Of a DNA stretch of 64,000 nt, positions 8,994 to 16,773 are shown in pieces. The notes beneath the pieces were generated by a model. It had not been told where the DNA came from. It searched no databases and saw only the letters and a list, made by a program, of their open reading frames with translations. Source of the stretch: Clostridiales bacterium (GTDB lineage Bacteria; Bacillota; Clostridia; Christensenellales; Borkfalkiaceae); contig SVHT01000003.1 of the NCBI GenBank assembly GCA_015055615.1, positions 59,669 to 123,668 of the forward strand, given 5' to 3'. Position 1 is the first letter of the stretch. Every line of letters begins with the position of its first letter. The position numbers were made by a program, and so were the translations under genes.

Positions 8994-10847
8994 ATGGAAA
9001 TCGTAAAATTGTATCCTGAATGCAAGGACAATATTTGGGGCGGTGTGCAATTAAAGGAGAAGTACGGCAAGCAGACGGATAAGGACCCCGTAGCGGAGAG
9101 CTGGGAACTTTCCTTCCATAAGGACGGCCCTACGCGTTTGGAAAACGGCGCTACGTTGCAAGAGACGGCAACGGAGGCGGAGCTTGGCAAAAATTGCAAA
9201 GGCTTTCCCTTTTTTCCGATGCTGGTAAAGCTGATCGACGCAAAACAAGACCTTTCCGTGCAGGTGCACCCTTCCGATGCCTATGCGTTAAAAAACGAAA
9301 ACAGTTTCGGTAAAACGGAAATGTGGTATATCGTGGATGCGGAAAAGGGTGCGGGGATTTACTTGGGCTTTAAGCGCGACGTGACGAAAGCGGAATATGA
9401 AGAGGCGATTAAAAACCATACGCTTACCGACCTTTTGAACTTTTTCGAGGTCAAAGCAGGGGATTGCTATTTTATTCCCTCGGGCACGATCCATGCGATT
9501 GGCTCGGGCTGTTTGATTTGCGAAATTCAGCAAAACAGCAACTTGACTTACCGTGTCTATGATTATGGTAGAAAAGACAAAAACGGCAACGAGCGCGAAT
9601 TGCACGTGGAAAAGGCGTTGAAGGTGACGAGCCTTGAAAAGTATGAATATACGCCGCTTGCATTGACAACGGCGCAGGGCGAACTTTTGGGGCTTAGCCG
9701 TTATTTCACGACGACGGCGGTGCGTGTTTTGGGCGAAAAGAAACTTTTTGCGGATAAGAACACCTTCCAATGTCTTACGTGTGTGGCGGGCAACGGTAAA
9801 ATCGGCGATAAGAGCGTGTCGCTTGGCGACAGTTGGTTTGTGCCGGCGGGGTATGGCGAAGTTGCTCTGTCGGGGGATATGCAGCTGATTGTGGCGCAGG
9901 TGCGCAAATATTACGTGGGTATCGACCTTGGCGGGACCTTTATTAAGGGCGGAATCGTGGATGATTTGGGCAATATCGTATACGAGGATAAGACGCCGAC
10001 CGAGAGCGAAAAGGGCGCGGAAAAAGTGGCGGAAAATATCGCGGCTTTGGCGCAAAAACTCTTGAAAAAGGTCGGGCTTGGCGCGGATGACGTGGAAGGC
10101 ATCGGCATGGGCGTGCCCGGCATGATTGACAGCAAAAACGGCAACGTTATCTATTCCAATAACTTGGCGTGGAAAGATTTTGATATCGGACCGAGGGTTG
10201 CGGAGCTTACGGGTTTGCGTGTAAAAATTGCAAACGATGCCAACGTAGCGGCGCTTGGAGAGGTGAAATTCGGCGTGGCGAAAGGATACGACAGCGCAAT
10301 TTTGCTGACGCTTGGCACGGGCGTGGGCGGCGGTATCGTCGTGGACGGAAAACTGATAGAGGGCAATAAATCGGCGGGCGCAGAGCTCGGGCATTCCGTT
10401 ATTGTGGCAAACGGCGAACAATGTACCTGTGGAAGAAAGGGGTGCTTGGAGGCGTACGCTTCGGCGACGGCGATTATCCGCGATACCAAACGCGCTATGC
10501 AAGCGGATAAGAACAGTAAAATGTGGGATATTGGCTCGCTGGATAAGGTGACGGGCAAAACGGCGTTTGATTATAAGGACACGGACGAGTCGGCGAAAGC
10601 GGTTGTGGACGGGTATATTGCCAACCTTGCTTGCGGTATTACTAATTTTGCCAACATCTTCCGTCCTGAGGTGGTAATTTTGGGCGGTGGCGTATGCGCG
10701 CAAGGGGACTCTTTGGTGAAACCTTTGCAGGCGCTTTTGGATAAGGAATTGTTTGCGGGTAAATTGGGACCGCAAGTGCCCATTGTTATTGCGCAGCTTG
10801 GGAATTCCGCAGGACTTTTGGGTGGCGCGGCGCTTTTGATGGAGTAA
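8994..10847 (+). CDS. manA: Fusion protein: class I mannose-6-phosphate isomerase plus ROK-family sugar kinase
   Basis: The N-terminal ~310 aa have PMI motifs (SWELS, QVHPSD, TEMWYI, IHAIG). The C-terminal ~300 aa have VGIDLGGT, ANDANVAALGE and the ROK Cys motif CTCGRKGCLE. Confidence 0.85.
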   Translation: MEIVKLYPECKDNIWGGVQLKEKYGKQTDKDPVAESWELSFHKDGPTRLENGATLQETATEAELGKNCKGFPFFPMLVKLIDAKQDLSVQVHPSDAYALKNENSFGKTEMWYIVDAEKGAGIYLGFKRDVTKAEYEEAIKNHTLTDLLNFFEVKAGDCYFIPSGTIHAIGSGCLICEIQQNSNLTYRVYDYGRKDKNGNERELHVEKALKVTSLEKYEYTPLALTTAQGELLGLSRYFTTTAVRVLGEKKLFADKNTFQCLTCVAGNGKIGDKSVSLGDSWFVPAGYGEVALSGDMQLIVAQVRKYYVGIDLGGTFIKGGIVDDLGNIVYEDKTPTESEKGAEKVAENIAALAQKLLKKVGLGADDVEGIGMGVPGMIDSKNGNVIYSNNLAWKDFDIGPRVAELTGLRVKIANDANVAALGEVKFGVAKGYDSAILLTLGTGVGGGIVVDGKLIEGNKSAGAELGHSVIVANGEQCTCGRKGCLEAYASATAIIRDTKRAMQADKNSKMWDIGSLDKVTGKTAFDYKDTDESAKAVVDGYIANLACGITNFANIFRPEVVILGGGVCAQGDSLVKPLQALLDKELFAGKLGPQVPIVIAQLGNSAGLLGGAALLME

Positions 10848-10854
10848 AAATCGG

Positions 10855-10889
10855 CGCAAGCGGCGTAAGATAAAAATGCGCCGCTTGCG
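10855..10889 (+). terminator. Strong hairpin after manA-ROK (no clear U-tract)
   Basis: Perfect 11-bp stem CGCAAGCGGCG / CGCCGCTTGCG with a 13-nt loop. It is followed by GATATCCC rather than a T-run. Confidence 0.35.
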
Positions 10890-10948
10890 GATATCCCAAA
10901 AAGCGTGGAAAACTTTTTGATAAAACTTAAAAAAGCGCGCAAAAACAG

Positions 10949-10977
10949 TTGACAAATTTTTGAAAAAATTCTATACT
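10949..10977 (+). promoter_or_regulatory. Sigma-A type promoter of tRNA-Arg
   Basis: TTGACA, 17-nt spacer, TATACT, about 40 nt upstream of the mature tRNA 5' end. Confidence 0.55.
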
Positions 10978-11019
10978 ATATAAGCACTTTGCCGAGAGGG
11001 AAAGTGAAAAATGGAAAAA

Positions 11020-11096
<77 letters not shown>

Positions 11097-11101
11097 ACCA
11101 G

Positions 11102-11155
11102 ACACACGTCCGCTACCTTGGGTTTTAAGGAATGGCGACGTGTGTTTGTGTTTTT
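11102..11155 (+). terminator. Terminator after tRNA-Arg
   Basis: Stem ACACACGTC / GACGTGTGT enclosing a small CCTT/AAGG hairpin, followed by TTGTGTTTTT. Confidence 0.5.
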
Positions 11156-11168
11156 AGGGGGAGATTAT

Positions 11169-11996
11169 ATGTTAAAATATACAGGTTCGCTTTGTCTGGA
11201 TGAAGAATATAGGGAAATCTTAAATATTAGCAAAGAATTGGTGGAACTGCTTGAAGGTATTTACGCGCAAAATCTTATTCATAATTCAAAATCCACAATA
11301 ACTATCAACGATATTAAAATTATAGAAAAATTAAAAACCGTAAAAACGGATGATGAAAGAAATGCAGTAATAAAAGAATATAAACTTTTATATCCACATT
11401 ATATTAAAAAGTTATTTAATAGACTTTTAGGGGATTTTTGTTTGTATATGTGCGATTCTTTAAAAGCTATTTTTGATTTCAAACCTCAAATAGCTTTTAC
11501 CTTGGCACGAAAACCTTTAATTGATGATGTTTTTTATCTACAATATTTATATAAAAAACCAAATGATTGCATAGATTTAGTTTTTTCAGACAATCCAAGC
11601 GAAAAAGATACAGGTATAAAAAGGAATAGAGAGATTGACAAACAATTAAGTCAAGAAATAACCCAAGAATTAGGATATGAAAATGATATAATATATGATT
11701 TACGAAAATCGGATAGTGTTTATAGTATAAAACACAATTGCGATAAATCCTTGCATATAGCAACTTCGAAATCGGCAATTGAGAAAACTGTTCAAGGTGA
11801 ACTAAATTTTGTATTTATGCATGATGAGGAAATAAAGCATTATATAGAGCTCTATCTCAATGCAATCCCCATCGTGCTTTTCTATGTTGTTGAACTGGTT
11901 CTAAAAATAAATGAACAACTTTTTGAAAAAATAGATAGCGCACAAAAAGTATTGAAAAAACTACAAGAAACATTTGTAGAGTTGCTTGGTGAATAA
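11169..11996 (+). CDS. Hypothetical AT-rich protein (275 aa), no family recognised
   Basis: GGGGGAG RBS 5 nt before the ATG at 11169. The tracked upstream start at 11118 lies inside the tRNA terminator. The sequence looks helix-rich with no signal peptide or TM segment. Confidence 0.6.
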   Translation: MLKYTGSLCLDEEYREILNISKELVELLEGIYAQNLIHNSKSTITINDIKIIEKLKTVKTDDERNAVIKEYKLLYPHYIKKLFNRLLGDFCLYMCDSLKAIFDFKPQIAFTLARKPLIDDVFYLQYLYKKPNDCIDLVFSDNPSEKDTGIKRNREIDKQLSQEITQELGYENDIIYDLRKSDSVYSIKHNCDKSLHIATSKSAIEKTVQGELNFVFMHDEEIKHYIELYLNAIPIVLFYVVELVLKINEQLFEKIDSAQKVLKKLQETFVELLGE

Positions 11997-12227
11997 AAGA
12001 AACGGCATGGTAGTTTTTCTATCACGCCGTTCATATTATTAAAAGCCATTATAACCGCTAAAGCCAAGCATATATGTTGCCATCGCAATAGCCAAATATA
12101 CGCATATTGGACGGAAGAAAACAAACCTACAGACTTTACTTATACTGGAACAACTGCATACTCGATTACGGGTTATACAGGAACCTCAACAACAGCATGG
12201 ATACCGACTTATATTGGCGGTGTTCCG

Positions 12228-14795
12228 GTGACAACAGTATCTGTATCTACATTCAAAAACAAAACCGATCTTGTCAAGATTGTTGTACCAGATACGGTGA
12301 CAAAACTGGAAACAGCAATGTTTGAAGGTTGCACCAATCTTGCAGAATTGGTCGTGCCTTTTGTGAATAATAGCGCAACAGACACTGATTATTTCAGCAA
12401 GTTATTTAAAAATGCAAATGACAACTATTATGTTCCTTCTTCTTTGACAAAGGTAACCATTACAAATCAGACGATTATACCGAACTATGCATTCTATAAC
12501 TGCAAGTACATTGAAGAAATCAATATTCCTACAAGCACAACAAGCATTGGTACTTATGCTTTTGATGGATGTTCGGCGCTTCTTCGTCTTAATAGTACCG
12601 TTGATGGTGTGTTCAATGTTCCGGAATCTGTAACGGAAATTAAGAGCTACGCATTCACTAATTGTTTGCTTGCTGAAACCATCAACCTCGGTGATGCCGT
12701 TACTGCTATCCGTACTTATGCTTTCTCAGGATGCAAATCGCTTACAGCTTTTACAATTCCGACAACAGTAGAAATAATAGAAAGTTACGCTTTCAATGGA
12801 TGCATTTCAATAATGAAAATTAACAGCACCGTTGATGGAGAATTAAACATTCCAACAAGCGTAAAGACTATTGGATCTTATGCGTTCAAAGGATTGGCAG
12901 GCATAACGAAAGTAACTATTCCTAACAATGTAACAAGTTTGGGAACTGCGATGTTTGATGGTTGCACTTGCATAGAAGAAGTGACATTGCCGTTTGTAAA
13001 TAACAGCGCAACAGACACTGATTATTTCAGCAAGCTGTTTAAAGATGCAAATGACAATTCGTATATTCCTTCTTCTTTGACAAAGGTAACCATTACGAAT
13101 CAGACGATTATCCCGAACTATGCATTCCATAACTGCAAGTACATTGAAGAAATCAATATTCCTACAAGCACAACAAGCATTGGTACTTATGCTTTTGATG
13201 GATGTTCGGCGCTTCTTCGTCTTAATAGTACCGTTGATGGTGTGTTCAATGTTCCGGAATCTGTAACGGAAATTAAGAGCTACGCATTCACTAATTGTTT
13301 GCTTGCTGAAACCATCAACCTCGGTGATGCCGTTACTGCTATCCGTACTTATGCTTTCTCAGGATGCAAATCGCTTACAGCTTTTACAATTCCGACAACA
13401 GTAGAAATAATAGAAAGTTACGCTTTCAATGGATGCATTTCAATAATGAAAATTAACAGCACCGTTGATGGAGAATTAAACATTCCAACAAGCGTAAAGA
13501 CTATTGGATCTTATGCGTTCAAAGGATTGGCAGGCATAACGAAAGTAACTATTCCTAACAATGTAACAAGTTTGGGAACTGCGATGTTTGATGGTTGCAC
13601 TTGCATAGAAGAAGTGACATTGCCGTTTGTAAATAACAGCGCAACAGACACTGATTATTTCAGCAAGCTGTTTAAAGATGCAAATGACAATTCGTATATT
13701 CCTTCTTCTTTGACAAAGGTAACCATTACGAATCAGACGATTATCCCGAACTATGCATTCCATAACTGCAAGTACATTGAAGAAATCAATATTCCTACAA
13801 GCACAACAAGCATTGGTACTTATGCTTTTGATGGATGTTCGGCGCTTCTTCGTCTTAATAGTACCGTTGATGGTGTGTTCAATGTTCCGGAATCTGTAAC
13901 GGAAATTAAGACATACACCTTCTACAATTGTTCGTTAGCCGAAGTTGTGAACGTTGGGGAGTCGATTATTAATATCAAGGATTATGCATTTGCGAAATGT
14001 GCTTCAATTAAAAAGTTCAACAGCAGTACCGAAGGCGAGTTTATTCTCCCCGAAAGTGTAAGAGTTATTAGTCCTCACGCATTTGAAGGATTAACGTCTA
14101 TAACCAAGGTTGTTATCCCCGATTCTGTATCAGCAATCAATAATGATGCATTTAAGGGATGTAACTCGATAGCTGAAATAACTCTTCCTTTCATAGGACA
14201 AAAGAAGGGATTATCAACTGGAACTTCTGCGGTGTTTGGATACATATTCGGTTATAATACTGGTTCTATTTACAATCATCCAAGCGAAAACTATGATATT
14301 CCAAATTCCATTAAAGTGGTAACAATAACGGCACAAACCGTTATTCCCGAATATGCATTTAGAAACTGCAGTTTTATTGAAACTATTATACTTCCTTCTA
14401 CTGTAACAAGCGTTGGAACGAACTCGTTCTATGGTTGCACCGCAAGCGTATCTTATACATATTCCGCAACAACCTCTATTTGGAACGGAACAGATATAAG
14501 CACCTCCTTCATTGGAAGCGGAACTGAAGCTGATCCGTACCAAATCAACAACGCAGCGGATCTTGCTTACCTTGCAAACTCTGTTAATGCTGGTGAAAGT
14601 TATGAAGGTAAATATTTCATTCTAAATACTAACATCAACCTTAACACAAAGAGTTGGACTCCCATTGGAACGAAAAACAAGGCTTTTGCAGGAATATTTG
14701 ACGGAAACAACAAAAAGATTTACAATCTGTCTGTAACCATGGATACGGCATACAATAAAGAAATCTGCGACCTTTTGAAAGAACTTAATAAATAA
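12228..14795 (+). CDS. BspA-type leucine-rich-repeat surface protein, apparently truncated at both ends (possible pseudogene)
   Basis: Repeated IP.SV..IG.YAF.GC units. The first canonical start is GTG at 12228, but the frame is open with LRR-like sequence from 11997. No signal peptide. The ORF ends inside a PYQI...WTPIG...FDGNNKKIYNL module. Confidence 0.6.
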   Translation: MTTVSVSTFKNKTDLVKIVVPDTVTKLETAMFEGCTNLAELVVPFVNNSATDTDYFSKLFKNANDNYYVPSSLTKVTITNQTIIPNYAFYNCKYIEEINIPTSTTSIGTYAFDGCSALLRLNSTVDGVFNVPESVTEIKSYAFTNCLLAETINLGDAVTAIRTYAFSGCKSLTAFTIPTTVEIIESYAFNGCISIMKINSTVDGELNIPTSVKTIGSYAFKGLAGITKVTIPNNVTSLGTAMFDGCTCIEEVTLPFVNNSATDTDYFSKLFKDANDNSYIPSSLTKVTITNQTIIPNYAFHNCKYIEEINIPTSTTSIGTYAFDGCSALLRLNSTVDGVFNVPESVTEIKSYAFTNCLLAETINLGDAVTAIRTYAFSGCKSLTAFTIPTTVEIIESYAFNGCISIMKINSTVDGELNIPTSVKTIGSYAFKGLAGITKVTIPNNVTSLGTAMFDGCTCIEEVTLPFVNNSATDTDYFSKLFKDANDNSYIPSSLTKVTITNQTIIPNYAFHNCKYIEEINIPTSTTSIGTYAFDGCSALLRLNSTVDGVFNVPESVTEIKTYTFYNCSLAEVVNVGESIINIKDYAFAKCASIKKFNSSTEGEFILPESVRVISPHAFEGLTSITKVVIPDSVSAINNDAFKGCNSIAEITLPFIGQKKGLSTGTSAVFGYIFGYNTGSIYNHPSENYDIPNSIKVVTITAQTVIPEYAFRNCSFIETIILPSTVTSVGTNSFYGCTASVSYTYSATTSIWNGTDISTSFIGSGTEADPYQINNAADLAYLANSVNAGESYEGKYFILNTNINLNTKSWTPIGTKNKAFAGIFDGNNKKIYNLSVTMDTAYNKEICDLLKELNK
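12496..13911 (+). repeat. Perfect 633-bp in-frame tandem repeat (about 2.2 copies) inside the LRR ORF
   Basis: In my by-eye comparison 12496-13128 matches 13129-13761 and continues identical to 13911. First mismatches are at 12495 vs 13128 and 13279 vs 13912. The antisense ORFs at 12843 and 13476 are identical. Confidence 0.9.
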
Positions 14796-14931
14796 CCATA
14801 TATTATAATTATGGATAGAAAGCCGAAAGGAGTAAGATTCGGTTTAGAGTTTTTGCAAAGCACGTAAATTTCCTTAGGGGCATATATTGTATGAGGAGTA
14901 TTTACACTCCTCATCAATAGGAGGAAATATT

Positions 14932-15480
14932 ATGTACTGTAATCAAAATGAAAATGCCTACGGCAACTTCGGTTGTTGCAGTTCCACGGCGAACGGCGTT
15001 TATATCAATCCAATTCCCCGCTATATCGCTGGTCCGATTGGTCCCCAAGGTCCCGCAGGCCCCGCTGGTCCCGCTGGTCCGCAAGGCGAACAAGGCATTC
15101 AAGGTATCCAAGGCGAAGTAGGTCCCGCAGGCCCCGCTGGTCCCGCTGGTCCGCAAGGCGAACAAGGTATCCAAGGCGAAGTAGGTCCCGCCGGTCCCGC
15201 CGGTCCCCAAGGTCCGCAAGGCGAACAAGGTATTCAAGGCATCCAAGGGGAAGTAGGTCCCGCAGGTCCCGCTGGTCCGCAAGGCGAAGTAGGTCCCGCC
15301 GGTCCCCAAGGTCCGCAGGGTGAAGTTGGCCCCGCAGGTCCCCAAGGCGAGCCAGGGGTGGTGACTCCCGCGGCGGCGGTAGCAGACGCGGTGGCTACGG
15401 ACGCAACGCCAACGAGCAACGCCGAAAAAATTAACGAAATTTTGGCGGCGCTCCGCGCGGCAGGTTTAATGGAAGGCTAA
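14932..15480 (+). CDS. Collagen-like triple-helix repeat protein
   Basis: AGGAGG RBS before the ATG at 14932. A 33-aa N-terminus is followed by 36 uninterrupted G-X-Y triplets ([15 protein letters not shown]) and a 42-aa C-terminal tail ending [12 protein letters not shown]. Confidence 0.8.
   Translation: MYCNQNENAYGNFGCCSSTANGVYINPIPRYIAGPIGPQGPAGPAGPAGPQGEQGIQGIQGEVGPAGPAGPAGPQGEQGIQGEVGPAGPAGPQGPQGEQGIQGIQGEVGPAGPAGPQGEVGPAGPQGPQGEVGPAGPQGEPGVVTPAAAVADAVATDATPTSNAEKINEILAALRAAGLMEG
15031..15354 (+). repeat. Gly-X-Y coding microrepeat tract
   Basis: 324 nt of reiterated GGTCCCGC(A/T)GGTCC / CAAGGCGAA-type units. It creates spurious ORFs in other frames and on the other strand. Confidence 0.9.
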
Positions 15481-15522
15481 GCAAATAAAAGTCTAACGCA
15501 TTGAAACCAAAAAAACGAAAAC

Positions 15523-15554
15523 AAAAAACCGAAGTCCAAAAGACTTCGGTTTTT
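15523..15554. terminator. Bidirectional terminator between the collagen-like gene and rpsR
   Basis: Stem CCGAAGTC / GACTTCGG with a 5-nt loop, A-run upstream and T-run downstream. Confidence 0.7.
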
Positions 15555-15569
15555 CCTTTTAATGTAGAC

Positions 15570-15818
15570 TTACTCGCCTTTGAAGGGGAGAAGCGCGGTA
15601 ATTCTTGCACGTTTGATAGCCGTTGCAAGGATTCTCTGGTGCGCAGCGCACGTACCGCTCATTCTGCGGGGCAAAATTTTGCCGCCTTCCGTGATGAATT
15701 TCTTAAGACGGTTCACGTCCTTGTAATCGATTACGTCAAGCTTTTCCTGGCAGAATGCGCAAACCTTTTTGCGGGGCGCTTTCTTGTATGCCTTTTTAAC
15801 AGGTGCTTTTTCTTCCAT
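15570..15818 (-). CDS. rpsR: 30S ribosomal protein S18
   Basis: The 82-aa ORF ...[43 protein letters not shown]... is a typical S18 sequence. Confidence 0.95.
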   Translation of the reverse strand: MEEKAPVKKAYKKAPRKKVCAFCQEKLDVIDYKDVNRLKKFITEGGKILPRRMSGTCAAHQRILATAIKRARITALLPFKGE

Positions 15819-15853
15819 GATTTTACTCCTTTAATTATTTAACTTTCTAAGAT

Positions 15854-16273
15854 TTAGAAAGGGATGTCGCTGTCGTCGTCCATCGCCTGCAAAGTAGGTT
15901 TCTTCTTGGGCGCGGAGGAGCGAGGCGCGTCGGCAACGTCGTCAAACGAATCGCTTGCTTTCGGGGTCAAGAATTCGCAATCTTGTACGATGATGTCCAC
16001 AGCGTTACGTTTTACGCCCTGGTTGTCTTCGTAGTTGCGGATTTGAATGCTACCCGTAACAGCAACCTTGTTGCCTTTTTTGGTGTAACGCGCAATCGTT
16101 TCTGCCAACCCACGCCAAGCGGTGCAGTCAAAGAAATCAGCCTGTCTTTCGCCTTCGGACGAAGAATAGGGTCTTTGCACAGCGATGCCAAAACGGCACA
16201 TTGCAACGCCGGAAGGGGTTTCGCGGAGCTCGGGGTCACGCGTTAAGTTTCCGATTAAAAATACTTTGTTCAT
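15854..16273 (-). CDS. ssb: Single-stranded DNA-binding protein
   Basis: MNKVFLIGNLTRDPELR OB-fold N-terminus and acidic C-terminal DDDSDIPF tail. Confidence 0.9.
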   Translation of the reverse strand: MNKVFLIGNLTRDPELRETPSGVAMCRFGIAVQRPYSSSEGERQADFFDCTAWRGLAETIARYTKKGNKVAVTGSIQIRNYEDNQGVKRNAVDIIVQDCEFLTPKASDSFDDVADAPRSSAPKKKPTLQAMDDDSDIPF

Positions 16274-16293
16274 TCCTTTTCCCTCTTATCTGA

Positions 16294-16578
16294 TTAGTTG
16301 AGTTTCGTAATCAAGCGTCTAACGATATCTGCGTCGATGAGCGCGATACGCTTCAGCTCTTCTACGACTTTACCGTCTGCTTCGAACGTCATCAGAACGT
16401 AATATGCTTCGTTCTTGAAGTTGATAGGGTAAGCGGTTTTCTTCGTACCCCACTTGTCCGAGCCAGCAACGGAACCACCCATAGACGTAACAACGTTTTC
16501 AAACTTTGCAACTTTCGCTTCTTTTGCTTCGTCGCTAAGATCGTTGTTGATCAAATAGAGCATTTCGTATTTAGCCAT
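16294..16578 (-). CDS. rpsF: 30S ribosomal protein S6
   Basis: MAKYEMLYLIN... The ATG at 16578 lies 6 nt after AGGAGGTG. The tracked GTG start overlaps the RBS. Confidence 0.9.
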   Translation of the reverse strand: MAKYEMLYLINNDLSDEAKEAKVAKFENVVTSMGGSVAGSDKWGTKKTAYPINFKNEAYYVLMTFEADGKVVEELKRIALIDADIVRRLITKLN

Positions 16579-16656
16579 AATTTTCACCTCCTGGTCTTAT
16601 TCGGCACGCGGTTGCGTGCAAGGTTATAACGACTATTCGCATAGCCGTGTAGAGAT
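16579..16656 (-). promoter_or_regulatory. 5' leader of rpsF-ssb-rpsR with a conserved-looking hairpin (candidate S6:S18 autoregulatory leader)
   Basis: ~75-nt leader containing hairpin GCACGC-AACC-GCGTGC (16604-16619 on the plus strand) just upstream of the RBS. Confidence 0.3.
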
Positions 16657-16685
16657 ATTATAACCCATTGCAGAAAAATAGTCAA
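16657..16685 (-). promoter_or_regulatory. Sigma-A type promoter of the rpsF operon
   Basis: Minus strand: TTGACT, 17-nt spacer, TATAAT. Confidence 0.6.
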
Positions 16686-16725
16686 ACGTTTTTTTGTCGT
16701 TTTTCAAAGAAAAGCGAGTGTTTTT

Positions 16726-16758
16726 GTAAAAAACCCAACCGCGAGGGTTGGGTTTTTA
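16726..16758 (-). terminator. Terminator after the 1001-aa gene
   Basis: Stem CCCAACC / GGTTGGG with a 5-nt loop and a T-run on the minus strand. Confidence 0.65.
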
Positions 16759-16773
16759 AAAAGACTTCCGTTG

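Larger units (their letters stand above)
11097..15480. other. Putative accessory (horizontally acquired) segment next to tRNA-Arg
   Basis: Base composition drops right after the tRNA (19/60 G+C hand-counted at 11201-11260). The cargo is non-housekeeping. No integrase or att repeat was seen. Confidence 0.45.

Noticed and set aside
9288-10955. 555-aa minus-strand ORF antisense to manA-ROK
   Set aside because: The translation is Arg/His/Phe-rich, low-complexity nonsense. The plus-strand frame carries clear PMI and ROK motifs. It is a shadow ORF.

The same applies to 38819-39937, 40685-42055 and 49501-51048.
11994-11996. Stop-codon read-through joining the orphan protein and the LRR ORF (same frame, single TAA)
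   Set aside because: A shared frame occurs by chance one time in three. The two parts differ in composition and domain type, and there is no read-through context that I recognise.
12107-12325. 72-aa ORF overlapping the start of the LRR gene
   Set aside because: It is out of frame with the LRR-like translation that runs through the same DNA, and it has no RBS.
14914-15419. Alternative-frame and antisense ORFs over the collagen tract (143, 116 and 61 aa)
   Set aside because: They are produced by the GGNCCN periodicity. Only the G-X-Y frame has an RBS and a sensible N-terminus.
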